Position numbers and translations under genes: made by a program | NCBI GenBank assembly: GCA_963711565.1 | Contig: CAVQEQ010000004.1 | Span: 1,472,001 to 1,536,000, forward strand | DNA from: an uncultured delta proteobacterium | GTDB lineage: Bacteria > Desulfobacterota > Binatia > Binatales > Binataceae | Length of the DNA: 64,000 nucleotides | Reading direction: 5' to 3' | Shown here: positions 39,913-50,028 of the stretch, one piece after another | Numbering within the stretch: position 1 is the stretch's first letter | Layout: each line of letters begins with the position of its first letter | The notes under the pieces: generated by a model | What the model was told of the DNA's origin: nothing | The model's database searches: none | What the model saw: only the letters and a program-made list of their open reading frames with translations

Positions 39913-41103
39913 CTACCCCGCGCAGACTGCGGCGAGGCTTGAGAGCGCGACGCCGCGGCGGCCCAGTCGCACGTCATTGCGATCGAAGCCGTTGGTTGTG
40001 TAGCCGAGCGAAATTCCCGTTGCCGGATCGGCCCATCCGATCTGGCCGCCGGCGCCGCCGTGACCGAATGCCAACGCCGAGTTGGTTTTGCCGAAGCCGC
40101 GATAATTCGCCATGCCGTCGCCGCCGGCTACAACGACACCCAGCGCGCGGTTCACCTTGACGCCGAAAATCGGATCTTTGTAATCGCCGGAGCGCACGCG
40201 CAGAGCGTCCTTGAGCGCCTCGGGTTTGATAATCGGTGCGCCGTTGACGCCGCGATTGTGCAGCAGACCCTGGTAGAACAGCGCGAGATCGCCCGCCGTC
40301 ATCACACCGCCGCCGCCCGGCACGCCGGCTTCCAGAACATTGGGCCGGTTGAAGCCCAGGATCGCGTCTTCGGTAACTTCGGTCTCGGGTATCGCGGGCA
40401 GGCCGAGTTTCTTTCGCTCTTCATCGGATAGCGCCTCGCCGACGTAGCAAAGCTGCGCATGTCGATTTTGAAATTCGCGCGGCAAACCGACGCGCAGTTC
40501 GGGCAGTCCGAGCGGCGTCGAAATCCGGTCGTACACGAACTTGCGAAACTCCGTGCCCGTGCGGCGCTCGATTATTTCCGCGATTACCCAGAAGCCGGAG
40601 GTCGGATGATATTCGAACTTGCTGCCGACCGGCCATTCGAGCCGCCACTTCGCGAATCGCTCGAGCCGCTTGCTCTTGTCGAGCCACTCGTCCTGCGGAT
40701 ACGGGGCGTTCGGAAATCCGCCGACGTGCAGCAGCACCTGCTCGACGGTCATTTTGTCCTTGCCGTTGGTGCCGAACTCGGGGATGATTTCCGCAACCAC
40801 CTCGCTCGGCTTAAGCTTGCCTTCGCCGATCAGAATCCACGACGCCGCCGACATGATCGCCTTGGTGCACGAGAAGATCGTGTAGAGCGTCTCGTTGGTC
40901 GCAGGCTTTTCGCTTCCGCCCTGGACTGCGCGGCCGACTGTGCGCATCGCGCCGATTTTTCCGTTGCGCGCAATTGCGATTTGCGTCGAAGGCAGCAACC
41001 CATCTTTGACTTCGCGCTCGGCGCGGTTGAACAGCGCTTCGACCTTGGCGGGATCGAGACCTACATCACGTGGACTATCGGCAAAATGATTCAGTGTCGG
41101 CAT
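39913..41103 (-). CDS. Serine hydrolase, beta-lactamase-like
   Basis: FSCTK (SxxK), EYH, FGHGGAGGQIGWADP. Confidence 0.88.
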   Translation of the reverse strand: MPTLNHFADSPRDVGLDPAKVEALFNRAEREVKDGLLPSTQIAIARNGKIGAMRTVGRAVQGGSEKPATNETLYTIFSCTKAIMSAASWILIGEGKLKPSEVVAEIIPEFGTNGKDKMTVEQVLLHVGGFPNAPYPQDEWLDKSKRLERFAKWRLEWPVGSKFEYHPTSGFWVIAEIIERRTGTEFRKFVYDRISTPLGLPELRVGLPREFQNRHAQLCYVGEALSDEERKKLGLPAIPETEVTEDAILGFNRPNVLEAGVPGGGGVMTAGDLALFYQGLLHNRGVNGAPIIKPEALKDALRVRSGDYKDPIFGVKVNRALGVVVAGGDGMANYRGFGKTNSALAFGHGGAGGQIGWADPATGISLGYTTNGFDRNDVRLGRRGVALSSLAAVCAG

Positions 41104-41160
41104 TGCGGGAACCTCTGCGTCTGGATTGTTCTGGGGATATAACACACCCCCGCCGATTCG

Positions 41161-42075
41161 TCATTCGGTTGCCGCGCGAGCCGGACCCTGCGCCGAGATC
41201 CACCCCGCCCTGCCCGGCAACGTCGTCCGGATTACCTCGAATGCCGGCAGTTCTGCGCGATTCAACCGCCACGCGACCTCGCGCAGTTGCACGAAATTCG
41301 CGCCTCGCTCTTTGAGCGCACAGACCAATGCGGTGAAGCTTTCGAGCTGGCCCATCCCTTCGGTCTCGGCGTGAATCGTGTGCACGTTGAGCGCGTCGGG
41401 CTTGCACAAGCCGAGATAGAAATCGCGCACCGCATTGTCATCGCGCAATTCACGACGCCCCATCACCTCGTCAAGCGTCGGCAGTGTCGTTGGAATCTCG
41501 GGCGTCGCGAGGAGGCGTCCCTCGACGACGCATCGGTACGGCGCGACGCCTCGCGTGTCGCTGCGATAGTCGAGTCCCATCGCGTCGAGCGCGACCAGCG
41601 CGGCATTGTTGGTGCGCCAGCCGGGCGCCGCGAAACTCTTCGACGGCTCGCCGACAATCGCGCGGTATGCCTCGAACGCGTCGCCCAGTTCGTTGCGTAT
41701 CCCGCCATCGCCGATGTCATCCAGGTGATCCTGCCATCGCACGTGATCGTAACCATGCACGCCGACCTCGAAGCCGCGCGTTTTCAGATCGCGAATGACC
41801 CCGGGAAACGACAGCGCAATCGGTCGCGACGGCAGTATCGTGCCGGAGAGAATCGTGCGCGCGCCGTACATGGACACGGCCTTGGTGCGGAACATCTTCG
41901 ACAGGAATCCGCGATTGCGAAACACGCGCAGGATCGCGCGCCCGGAATTGTCCGGGCCCATCGTGATGTAGAAGCTGGCCGCGACGCCCTCGCGCTCGAG
42001 CATCGACGCCAGCCGCGGCACGCCCAGCTCGAGCCCCTGGTGGGTATCGACGTCGATCTTTAGTGCGACTTCCAA
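41161..42075 (-). CDS. arnD: ArnD-like deformylase (polysaccharide deacetylase)
   Basis: ALKIDVDT..G...GVP, MGPDNSGR, HGYDHVRWQD, AAPGW, PTTLPTLDE, HTIHAE.EG. Confidence 0.8.
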   Translation of the reverse strand: MEVALKIDVDTHQGLELGVPRLASMLEREGVAASFYITMGPDNSGRAILRVFRNRGFLSKMFRTKAVSMYGARTILSGTILPSRPIALSFPGVIRDLKTRGFEVGVHGYDHVRWQDHLDDIGDGGIRNELGDAFEAYRAIVGEPSKSFAAPGWRTNNAALVALDAMGLDYRSDTRGVAPYRCVVEGRLLATPEIPTTLPTLDEVMGRRELRDDNAVRDFYLGLCKPDALNVHTIHAETEGMGQLESFTALVCALKERGANFVQLREVAWRLNRAELPAFEVIRTTLPGRAGWISAQGPARAATE

Positions 42076-42103
42076 GCGTAGTGAATGTGCGGGAGCGCCG
42101 CGC

Positions 42104-43069
42104 CTAAGACGCCAGCTCCTTGCGGAACCAGTCCATCGAGATTTTCACGCCGTCGCGCAGGTTCACTTTCGGCGTGACCTTCAGCAACGTGCGCATTTTC
42201 GTATTGTCGGGAACGCGGCGCGGGATGTCCTCGTAGCTGTTGCCGTACACTTCCTCCTGCGACACAAACTTGATTTTCGATTTGGTCGGCCCGAACAATT
42301 CGATCATCAACTTGGCGAACTCGAGCACCGTCGTCTCGACATCGACGCCGATATTAATCGCCTCGCCATCAGCCGCCGGATTCACTCCCGCCTGCACCGT
42401 CGCTTCGATCGCGTCGGTGACGTACGTGAAGCATCGCGTTTGCAGTCCGTCGCCGACCACGGTCAGGTCCGCGCCGCGCAGCAGTTGCCCCATGAAGATC
42501 GTAAACAGCCGGCCGACATCGACCTTGTCGAGCCGCGGACCGTACGCGTTGAAGTAGCGCACGATCGTAACCGGCATGCCGAGCTTGTGATACGCGAAAC
42601 AGAAATGCTCGCCAACCGCCTTCGAGGTCGAGTAGCACCAGCGGTCGATGCTGGTGGCGCCGAGCACGCGATCGTCGTCCTCGCGCCACGGCACCTTGGG
42701 GTTGCGCCCGTAGACCTCGGAGGTCGAGCTGAAGACCACGCGCTTGTTGTGCTTGTAGGCCGCCTTCAGCACGTTCTGCGTGCCGTTCACGTTTACGTTC
42801 AGCGTCTCGTAGGGATCGGCGACGTAGTGCTCGACGCCGACGACAGCCGCGAGATGGTAAAGCAGATCGACTTTCGACACGAGGCTGTCGATCAACTCGA
42901 GGTTGAAGACCGAATCGTGCACGTAGTGAAAGCGCGGATTGTTCAGGATGTGACGCACCTTGGCGATCGAGCCGGTGTCGAGCACGAAGACCTCGTCGCC
43001 GCGCGCGATGAACGCATCGGAGAGATGTGATCCGAGAAATCCGGCGCCGCCGGTTATAAGAACCCGCAT
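42104..43069 (-). CDS. NAD-dependent epimerase/decarboxylase (ArnA C-terminal-like, stand-alone)
   Basis: GGAGFLGSHL, SSTSEVYG, RWCYSTSK, QTRCFT. Confidence 0.85.
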   Translation of the reverse strand: MRVLITGGAGFLGSHLSDAFIARGDEVFVLDTGSIAKVRHILNNPRFHYVHDSVFNLELIDSLVSKVDLLYHLAAVVGVEHYVADPYETLNVNVNGTQNVLKAAYKHNKRVVFSSTSEVYGRNPKVPWREDDDRVLGATSIDRWCYSTSKAVGEHFCFAYHKLGMPVTIVRYFNAYGPRLDKVDVGRLFTIFMGQLLRGADLTVVGDGLQTRCFTYVTDAIEATVQAGVNPAADGEAINIGVDVETTVLEFAKLMIELFGPTKSKIKFVSQEEVYGNSYEDIPRRVPDNTKMRTLLKVTPKVNLRDGVKISMDWFRKELAS

Positions 43070-43084
43070 GTGACCTCCGCGAAA

Positions 43085-44029
43085 CTAATCGAATTGAATA
43101 GTATCCGTGACGCGCCCGGCTTGCGAAAGAGCCTCGCGCGCAACGCCTTCGACGCCGTCCTCGAACTGCGCGACCTTTACGATCACGCTGCCCTCGCCGG
43201 CCGCAATCTCAAGCGCGCCGTCCGTCATCTCGCGCACGACGCGTCCCGGCGCACCGAGCGTTCCATTTTCAGAACCAATTTGCACTTGCCATAAAAACAG
43301 CTTTCGCCCGCCAACGAAACAGAACGCGCCGGGATACGGATGCGTGACGGCGCGCACGAGATTGAAGATCTTCCGCGCCGGCAATCGCCAGTCTATCCGG
43401 CCGTCCTCCGGCTTTCTGCGCCCGAAGTAGCTGCCCTTCGAGATGTCCATCATTCGCCGCAGCGCGGTGCCGGCAACGATCTTCGGATGCAGCTCGTCGA
43501 TCAGATCAACGCCGAGCGGCACCAGCTTGCGGTACAACGTCAGTGCGTTGTCGCCGTCGTCGATCGCAACCGCGCGCTGCCCGACGATATCGCCGGCGTC
43601 CGCTCGCGCAACCATATGATGCAGCGTGACGCCGGTCTCGCGTTCCCCATTCACCAGCACCCAGTTCACGGGCGCGCGTCCTCGATACGCCGGCAGCAAC
43701 GACGGGTGCAGATTGAATGCTCCGAGCGGCGCCAGCGCGAGTACGCTCTCGGGAATCAGGTGCCGGTAGGAGAAGGAATAAATCACGTTCGGCTTCGACG
43801 CAGCGAGCTTCGCACCCGCTGTCTCGACGCTCTCATCAAGATGCACTGGGACGCCGTGGCGCGTGGCCAGTTCCGCACACGACCGCCACCAGATCTCCTC
43901 GTGCGGATCGTCGCGATGCGTGAACAGTGCCGCTATCGCCGCGCCCATTTTCAGCAACGCCTCCATGCACGCGTAACCCATGTCGTGGTACGCAAACAGC
44001 ACGCAGCGCGCCGATTTCACCGACTCCAC
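43085..44029 (-). CDS. Formyltransferase (ArnA N-terminal-like, stand-alone)
   Basis: FAYHDMG, FTHRDDPHE, NLHPSLLPAYRGRAPVNWVLVNGE, VRAVTHPYPGAF. Confidence 0.88.
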   Translation of the reverse strand: MESVKSARCVLFAYHDMGYACMEALLKMGAAIAALFTHRDDPHEEIWWRSCAELATRHGVPVHLDESVETAGAKLAASKPNVIYSFSYRHLIPESVLALAPLGAFNLHPSLLPAYRGRAPVNWVLVNGERETGVTLHHMVARADAGDIVGQRAVAIDDGDNALTLYRKLVPLGVDLIDELHPKIVAGTALRRMMDISKGSYFGRRKPEDGRIDWRLPARKIFNLVRAVTHPYPGAFCFVGGRKLFLWQVQIGSENGTLGAPGRVVREMTDGALEIAAGEGSVIVKVAQFEDGVEGVAREALSQAGRVTDTIQFD

Positions 44030-44038
44030 GATTGCTCG

Positions 44039-45058
44039 CTAGTCGCTTTGCGAATCGCCCGGCTTGCCGTCAACGCCATGTACCGCGCGCACGATGTAAG
44101 TTGGGCGGCGCCGCACTTCGATATAGATGCGCCCCGCGTATTCGCCGATAAGCCCGAGCGCCAGGAATATCATGCCTATAAAAAAGAACAGGACCGCGAA
44201 CAGCGTCCACAGCGCGCCCTCTTCCTGCGGGCCGTAGATCAATCGATGTCCAAGGAGGACAAACGCCATCATCACAGCCAGCAGCGATATCCCAATCCCG
44301 GTCATGCTCAGCAGTTGGATCGGCGCCAGCGAAAATCCGGTAATCAGGTTGAGACTGAGCTTCGCCAGTGAAAAGAGATTGTACTTCGACTGGCCGCTCG
44401 CGCGGTCGTCGTGCCCGACCGGGATTTCCGCGACGCGCTTGGCGAACGAGTTGGCGAGCGCGGGAACGAACGCCGCCTTCTCGTCGCAATCGACCACCGT
44501 ATCGACGATATGCCGCCGATATGCGCGCAGCATGCATCCGTAGTCGTGCATCGGCACGCCGACGATCAAGGAGGTGAGCCGGTTGTGCAGGCGCGACGCG
44601 TACTTTCGATACGCCTGATCGTGACGCTCCTCGCGCCATCCGCCGACCACGTCGTTGCCTTCATCGATCGCGGCGATCAAACGCGGGATTTCTTCCGGCG
44701 GATTTTGCAGGTCCGCGTCGAGCGTGACGACGATGTCGCCGCGCGATTGCTTGAAGCCCGCGAGGATCGCCGAATGCTGTCCGAAGTTGCGCGCCAGCTC
44801 GACCACTCGCACACGCCCCTCTTCGCCCGCCGCGATTTCGCGCAGGATGGCGAGCGAGTCGTCGTGTGATCCGTCGTCGATAAAAACCGTCTCCCACGCA
44901 CGGTCCAAGCCGTCGAGCACCGGCTTGAGGCGCGACCATAGCGATGCCAAGTTGGCCGATTCGTTGAACACCGGCACCACGATCGACACCAGACCCTGCT
45001 CCGCGCGCGATACGACCGACGCGCCTCGAATCGGTGATATTTTGCCGGGGAAGCTCAA
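44039..45058 (-). CDS. arnC: ArnC-like undecaprenyl-phosphate glycosyltransferase (GT2)
   Basis: RNFGQHSAILAGF, TLDADLQNPPEEIPRL, DYGCMLRAYRR, GEY.GRIY.EVRRRP; start uncertain. Confidence 0.82.
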   Translation of the reverse strand: MSFPGKISPIRGASVVSRAEQGLVSIVVPVFNESANLASLWSRLKPVLDGLDRAWETVFIDDGSHDDSLAILREIAAGEEGRVRVVELARNFGQHSAILAGFKQSRGDIVVTLDADLQNPPEEIPRLIAAIDEGNDVVGGWREERHDQAYRKYASRLHNRLTSLIVGVPMHDYGCMLRAYRRHIVDTVVDCDEKAAFVPALANSFAKRVAEIPVGHDDRASGQSKYNLFSLAKLSLNLITGFSLAPIQLLSMTGIGISLLAVMMAFVLLGHRLIYGPQEEGALWTLFAVLFFFIGMIFLALGLIGEYAGRIYIEVRRRPTYIVRAVHGVDGKPGDSQSD

Positions 45059-45203
45059 GAGACCCGCGCGACCTGACCGCGATCACTCCATGCGAAATCG
45101 CCGTCGCGTGAGTTGATTCTTGCAGACAGCCTGCCGGAATTAAAGATAGCTCCTGCCCGCCCCGGTTGACCGCGCGTGATCACCTCGCGAGACTGCTTCG
45201 ACG

Positions 45204-46934
45204 ATGCTCGCCGCCAACCGCTCGCTTCGACTCGCCATCTACGCCATCCTCGCGGCGATTCTGTATCTTCCCGGACTCGGCCGCCCTGCGCTCTGGGAGC
45301 CTGACGAGGGCCGCTACGCCGAAATCGCGCGCGAGATGGTTATCTCGGGCGACTACGTCACGCCGCGCGACGACTTCGAACTCTACTTCGAAAAACCGCC
45401 GCTGGTTTATTGGGCGAACGCCGCGTCGATTAAAATCTTCGGCGTCAACGAGTTCGCGGTGCGTCTTCCGGCGGCGCTGTTCAGTATCGGACAAGTCGTC
45501 GTCACGGCCGCATTGGCTGAGTTGATTTTCGGCGCGACGGCCGGATTCTTCGCCGCACTAGCGCTCGCATTGAGTCCGCTGTTTTTCGGCTTCGCGCGGT
45601 TCGCGACGCTGGATCCCGCGCTCGCATTTTTTCTTACTGCGGCGCTGGCTGCGTTTCACGTGGCCGCCCATGACGATTCCTTCTCCCAACCGTCCGCTCG
45701 CCGATGGATGCTGATCTCCGCCGCGATGCTCGCGTTGGGCACTCTCGCCAAAGGACCCGTCGCGCTGATTCTCGGCGGTCCGATCGCGTTGGCGTGGCTC
45801 GCAACCGAGCGACGACTCCGCCAGATCGTGCAGATGCCGCTGGTCTGGTGCGGCCTCATCTATCTGGCAATCGTCCTGCCGTGGTTCATCTTGATGGAAG
45901 CGCGAAATCCGGGCTTCCTGCATTTCTTCTTCATCCACGAGCATCTCGAACGCTACGTCACGTCGAACGAACACGGATGGGGCCCGTGGTTCTTCATCCC
46001 GATCGTGATTGGAGGGATGTGGCCGTGGATTTTTTTCGTCCCGCTCGGATGGTCCGCGATGCGCGCTGACGACACCTTGCCCAACAGTGCGCCGGCTTCA
46101 TCGCGCCGCTCCGCCGCGAGCTTTCTCGCGATCTGGTTCATCATCATCTTCGTGTTTTTCTCGATTCCCCGATCCAAGCTCGGCACCTATATCCTGCCCG
46201 CGCTTCCACCGCTCGCGATCGTTGCGGGATTCGGCCTCGTGCGCATCGGCGCCGTCGGCGCCGCGAGCCGCCATCGTCTTCTAGCCGTCATCGCGATTGC
46301 GAACCTGATTCTCGCTAGTGGTCTCTTAATGTTTTTCGAAGTAGCACTCGCTCCGATAAATCGCGTGTTGGGCCTCGACGGCTTGATGATTGCCGCCGTG
46401 CTGGCCGCCGGCGCGATTGCGATGTACGCGCTGGCGCGCACGGCGTCGGGCGCTCCGTTCGCCATTGGCGCGCTCGCTCTGGCAATGGTCATAACGGTCG
46501 CGCTCGCCGCGCGCGTGCGCGAAGACGCGTCCCCGATTTCCACATATCGGAACCTTGCAGACGCCGTTCAGCCGTATCTCACAGACGATTGCGCGCTCGC
46601 CTCGTATCGCCACTACGTACAATCGCTGCCGTTCTACACGCGCGTCCGCGAGACCCGCGTCGAGTACTGGGGCGAGCTGTCCGAGGTCTCAGCGCCGACG
46701 CCCGGGAAATCCCCGTATCTCATCGGCTCCGGAGCGCGCCTGCGCCAGGTGTGGTCGTCGGGCTCGTGCATGGTTCTAATCGCTAACGCTCGCGACCTGA
46801 ATGGTCTCGAGGAGTCGCTGAAGCCCGCGCCGGTTGTGATCGGATGCGAGGGGAAAAAATTTGCGCTCTACAATGGCGCTTTAGCGCCGCCGCCGGCAGG
46901 CGCCGCTTGCCTCAAGTCCGAAGTGAAAAAATAG
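45204..46934 (+). CDS. arnT: ArnT-like GT83 lipid A aminosugar transferase
   Basis: LWEPDEGRYAEIAREM..SGD..TP, YFEKPPL.YW, LAKGP, SKLGTYILP. Confidence 0.85.
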   Translation: MLAANRSLRLAIYAILAAILYLPGLGRPALWEPDEGRYAEIAREMVISGDYVTPRDDFELYFEKPPLVYWANAASIKIFGVNEFAVRLPAALFSIGQVVVTAALAELIFGATAGFFAALALALSPLFFGFARFATLDPALAFFLTAALAAFHVAAHDDSFSQPSARRWMLISAAMLALGTLAKGPVALILGGPIALAWLATERRLRQIVQMPLVWCGLIYLAIVLPWFILMEARNPGFLHFFFIHEHLERYVTSNEHGWGPWFFIPIVIGGMWPWIFFVPLGWSAMRADDTLPNSAPASSRRSAASFLAIWFIIIFVFFSIPRSKLGTYILPALPPLAIVAGFGLVRIGAVGAASRHRLLAVIAIANLILASGLLMFFEVALAPINRVLGLDGLMIAAVLAAGAIAMYALARTASGAPFAIGALALAMVITVALAARVREDASPISTYRNLADAVQPYLTDDCALASYRHYVQSLPFYTRVRETRVEYWGELSEVSAPTPGKSPYLIGSGARLRQVWSSGSCMVLIANARDLNGLEESLKPAPVVIGCEGKKFALYNGALAPPPAGAACLKSEVKK

Positions 46935-47007
46935 TGGAAGGCGGAATCGGGACACTTGGATTCGGTCGCGTTCGACTGTAGCTTGGCCGTGGAGAGACTG
47001 ATCGCAG

Positions 47008-47646
47008 GTGGCTGACAAGAAATCCAAATCCAAAGTTCAAGCCGCGGACTTCGGTGCGGAAGGCGCGGCGGCGGAACCTTCACTCGGCCAAGTGATTACC
47101 GAAGCCCGCGAACGCAAAGGCCTGACGCGCGAGCAGGTCGCGACCGAGGCACACCTTCCTCCGCACTACGTCAAAATGATCGAGACCGACAGCTACGACA
47201 TGATTTCTGATCGGCTCTACCTGGTCCCGTTTCTGCGCCGCTATGCATCGTTCCTCGGCCTCGACGCCGAGGAAATCGCTTCCCGCTTCGTCAGCAACGT
47301 TCAACACGCCGAGGCCAACGTGGTGCGAATCTCGCAAGAGATCACGATGGTCGCGAAGAAGCCCGGCGCCAGCCGCGGGATCGCGTTCGCCGTTATGATC
47401 GCGGCGATAGTCGTCATACTGGCGGACCTGGTGTGGCGCAGATTCGTCGAGCGTGAAGCCCCCGTCCCTGTCTCCGCGCCGGCTGCCGCTGCACCCGCGC
47501 CGGTGACGACCGAGCCCAAGGCTCAAGCGCCAAACGAGACTCTGCCACCCGCATCAATTGTGACCAATCCCGGCGGGGCCGCTCCACCGGCGGCGAATCC
47601 TTCCGCGCCCCCGCGCTCGATCCCGCCCGCCGCGAATGACGACTAA
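47008..47646 (+). CDS. RodZ-like helix-turn-helix membrane protein
   Basis: LG....ARE..GL..E.VA, FLRRYA.FLGLD, single TM, Pro-rich tail. Confidence 0.75.
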   Translation: MADKKSKSKVQAADFGAEGAAAEPSLGQVITEARERKGLTREQVATEAHLPPHYVKMIETDSYDMISDRLYLVPFLRRYASFLGLDAEEIASRFVSNVQHAEANVVRISQEITMVAKKPGASRGIAFAVMIAAIVVILADLVWRRFVEREAPVPVSAPAAAAPAPVTTEPKAQAPNETLPPASIVTNPGGAAPPAANPSAPPRSIPPAANDD

Positions 47647-47648
47647 AG

Positions 47649-47683
47649 CCCCTCTCCAGAAGGGAGAGGGGCTAGGGGTGAGG
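47649..47683. repeat. CCCCTCTCC..GGAGAGGGG..GGGGTGAGG palindromic repeat
   Basis: Near-identical to 28236-28270; lies between convergent genes. Confidence 0.7.
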
Positions 47684-47689
47684 TAATCG

Positions 47690-48346
47690 CTAATGCAGTA
47701 CGGCGTTCGCGATCTCTTCGGCGACCAGTTCCTTGGCGCGCCGTAAGTCGTCGCCCGAGTGCACGACCGCGACCACCTTGAGCTCGTCGGTCGCGGCCTC
47801 GAGCGACGCGCGCGCGACGATCACCGTGTCGTAAATCTGTTCCTTCGGAATATTGTCGTAGTGCGTCAAGGCGCCGGCGCCGTTCATCGCCTGCCGGCTC
47901 GCCATGTAGGTCTTGAATTGCTCGGTCGTCGGATCGTCGGGATTCAACGCCTGGCGGCGAGCCTCGTTTGCGAAGGGATCGATCGGTTGACTGCCGCTGT
48001 CTCCCAGCGGCGGCGGATCAGCGCCGGCCTCCTTCAGCAACTCGACCATCGAGGGATCACCCGGGAACATCTGGTTCAACGACACCCCCGGCGCGAGCAT
48101 TTGCTGATTCACCGTCACCGTCAGCGTCACCGAATTGTCGGGATTCGACGGCTGCCCGTGCCGCGCCGCGCGCAGATCTTCGTTCAGCACGTTCTGCACG
48201 ACAGGATCGGTGCAAATCGCAACCACGGTGGCGTCCGCGGGAGCGTTCAATTTGCCCGACATCTTGATATCGGCGGCGCGTGCAGTTCCGCCAATAGCTA
48301 CCGCAATAGCTAATGCGGCAAGCGCGCCATGTGTAGCCTTACACAC
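47690..48346 (-). CDS. Secreted hypothetical protein
   Basis: Signal-peptide-like N-terminus (ARA-A), host-like codons; start uncertain. Confidence 0.6.
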   Translation of the reverse strand: MCKATHGALAALAIAVAIGGTARAADIKMSGKLNAPADATVVAICTDPVVQNVLNEDLRAARHGQPSNPDNSVTLTVTVNQQMLAPGVSLNQMFPGDPSMVELLKEAGADPPPLGDSGSQPIDPFANEARRQALNPDDPTTEQFKTYMASRQAMNGAGALTHYDNIPKEQIYDTVIVARASLEAATDELKVVAVVHSGDDLRRAKELVAEEIANAVLH

Positions 48347-48353
48347 TACTTGC

Positions 48354-49415
48354 TCACCGATAAGCGCGCGCGGCCTCGATCGGCCAGGTCGCGACAACTT
48401 CATCGCCCCTCACGACGTAGTACTCACTGTGCAGGTTAATCGTCGTATCGTTGTGGCTCGGAATTATCTCGATTTTCGATCCCGGCTCGAGACTGCTCTC
48501 ACCCGCCGCAAGATGCCCATGCTCTTCGGACAGCCGTGCCACTTTAATCTCAGTGCCCTTGACCATTGGCGGACCGAATTCGTTGGTTAGCGATTTCATC
48601 CCCGCGTCGATTATCGCACGCGCGCCGCGCCGCGAAATTACCGTCGCGAGCAGGGTCAGCGCCGGACGGCCAAAGTCCGGGCGCACATTACGATAAGCGC
48701 CGTCCATGAAAACGTACGACCCGGCCTGCACTTCGGTTACGTCGGGCCAGTTGCCCGCGATGTCGAAAGTCCCGGTCCCGCCAGCGCTCACTATTTCCGG
48801 CGCCAGGCCTGCCGCCCGCAGCGCTTCGACGTGCCGGCTGAGCGTGCTCAGAGCCTCACGCGCAGTTGCAATCCGCTTCTCGCGATCTGCAATCAGCACC
48901 GCGTGGCCTTCGTAGCCCATCACGCCCCGATATTTGAGCCCCGCGCGAATCGCATACCGCGCCAGCTCGACCGTCTCCTCGGGCGTCTCGGTGCCGCATC
49001 GATGCATCCCCGCATCGACTTCGATAATCACGTCGGGCGCGCGCCCGGCTCGCGCCGCACCGGCCTCGAACTCGCGCACGTTGAACTCGCTCTCGATCGT
49101 TCCGATCAAGCTGATTTGCGCCGCGGCTTTGAAGAACCGATCGATCTTGGCCGCCCCCGCAATCTGATTGGCGAGCAGCACCGGACCGAGCCCGGCGCGC
49201 GCCAGCACCTCGACCTCGCCGAGCTTCGACGCCGTTATACCGATCGCGCCGGCCGCAAGCTGTCGCCGTGCTACCTCGATTGTCTTCGGCGTCTTGAAAT
49301 GCGGCCGGAGCTTTTGCGGTCGCGCCGCGAAGTACTCGCCCATCGTGCGGATATTTTCTTCGACCACGTCGAGGTCGAGAATCAATGCGGGCGTGTCGAT
49401 ATCACGTTTCGTCAT
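48354..49415 (-). CDS. DSD1/D-threonine aldolase-like PLP enzyme (alanine racemase fold)
   Basis: DTPALILD, LRPHFKT.K, HRCG, MGYEGH, SAGGTGT, QAGSYVFMD, LSEEHG. Confidence 0.88.
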   Translation of the reverse strand: MTKRDIDTPALILDLDVVEENIRTMGEYFAARPQKLRPHFKTPKTIEVARRQLAAGAIGITASKLGEVEVLARAGLGPVLLANQIAGAAKIDRFFKAAAQISLIGTIESEFNVREFEAGAARAGRAPDVIIEVDAGMHRCGTETPEETVELARYAIRAGLKYRGVMGYEGHAVLIADREKRIATAREALSTLSRHVEALRAAGLAPEIVSAGGTGTFDIAGNWPDVTEVQAGSYVFMDGAYRNVRPDFGRPALTLLATVISRRGARAIIDAGMKSLTNEFGPPMVKGTEIKVARLSEEHGHLAAGESSLEPGSKIEIIPSHNDTTINLHSEYYVVRGDEVVATWPIEAARAYR

Positions 49416-49437
49416 GGCCCGAATTTTAGCACGGCGG

Positions 49438-49932
49438 TCAGGGAATCTTCTGCTGCAACAATTCCTGCGCGCGCGCGGCCCGCCATTTCACCAGCCGCTC
49501 GCCGAGCTTCGCGTCGCTCAGCGCGATTATCTGCGCCGCCAGCAGGCCGGCGTTCGCCGCGCCGGCTTTGCCGATCGCCATCGTCGCGACCGGCACCCCC
49601 TTGGGCATTTGCACGATCGACAGCAGCGAGTCGATTCCATTGAGCGACGTCGTCGGCATCGGCACGCCAATCACCGGCAAGATCGTTTTCGCCGCGACCA
49701 CTCCCGCCAGATGCGCCGCGCCGCCGGCGCCGGCGATTATCGCGCGCAACCCGCGGCCCGCGGCCTTCGCGGAGTAGTCCAAAGTGACGTCGGGCGTTCG
49801 ATGCGCCGACATGATCCGAACTTCATGCGGCACTTGAAGTTCTTCCATGACCTCGGCCGCCGCCGCCATGTACTCCCAGTCGCTCTTGCTGCCCATGATC
49901 ACGCCGACAATCGGCGCCTTGTTCTCCGCCAT
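49438..49932 (-). CDS. purE: N5-carboxyaminoimidazole ribonucleotide mutase
   Basis: MGSKSD, SAHRTP, AGAGGAAHL, SIVQMP.GVPVAT. Confidence 0.96.
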   Translation of the reverse strand: MAENKAPIVGVIMGSKSDWEYMAAAAEVMEELQVPHEVRIMSAHRTPDVTLDYSAKAAGRGLRAIIAGAGGAAHLAGVVAAKTILPVIGVPMPTTSLNGIDSLLSIVQMPKGVPVATMAIGKAGAANAGLLAAQIIALSDAKLGERLVKWRAARAQELLQQKIP

Positions 49933-50028
49933 CGTGGTCCCTCGTACGCAGCAGGCTGATTCGCCAGTGCCCGCATGTCAAGCCGGACGGTATGAGCGCG
50001 GTGGATAATTCGGCACAATGTACTCGCG

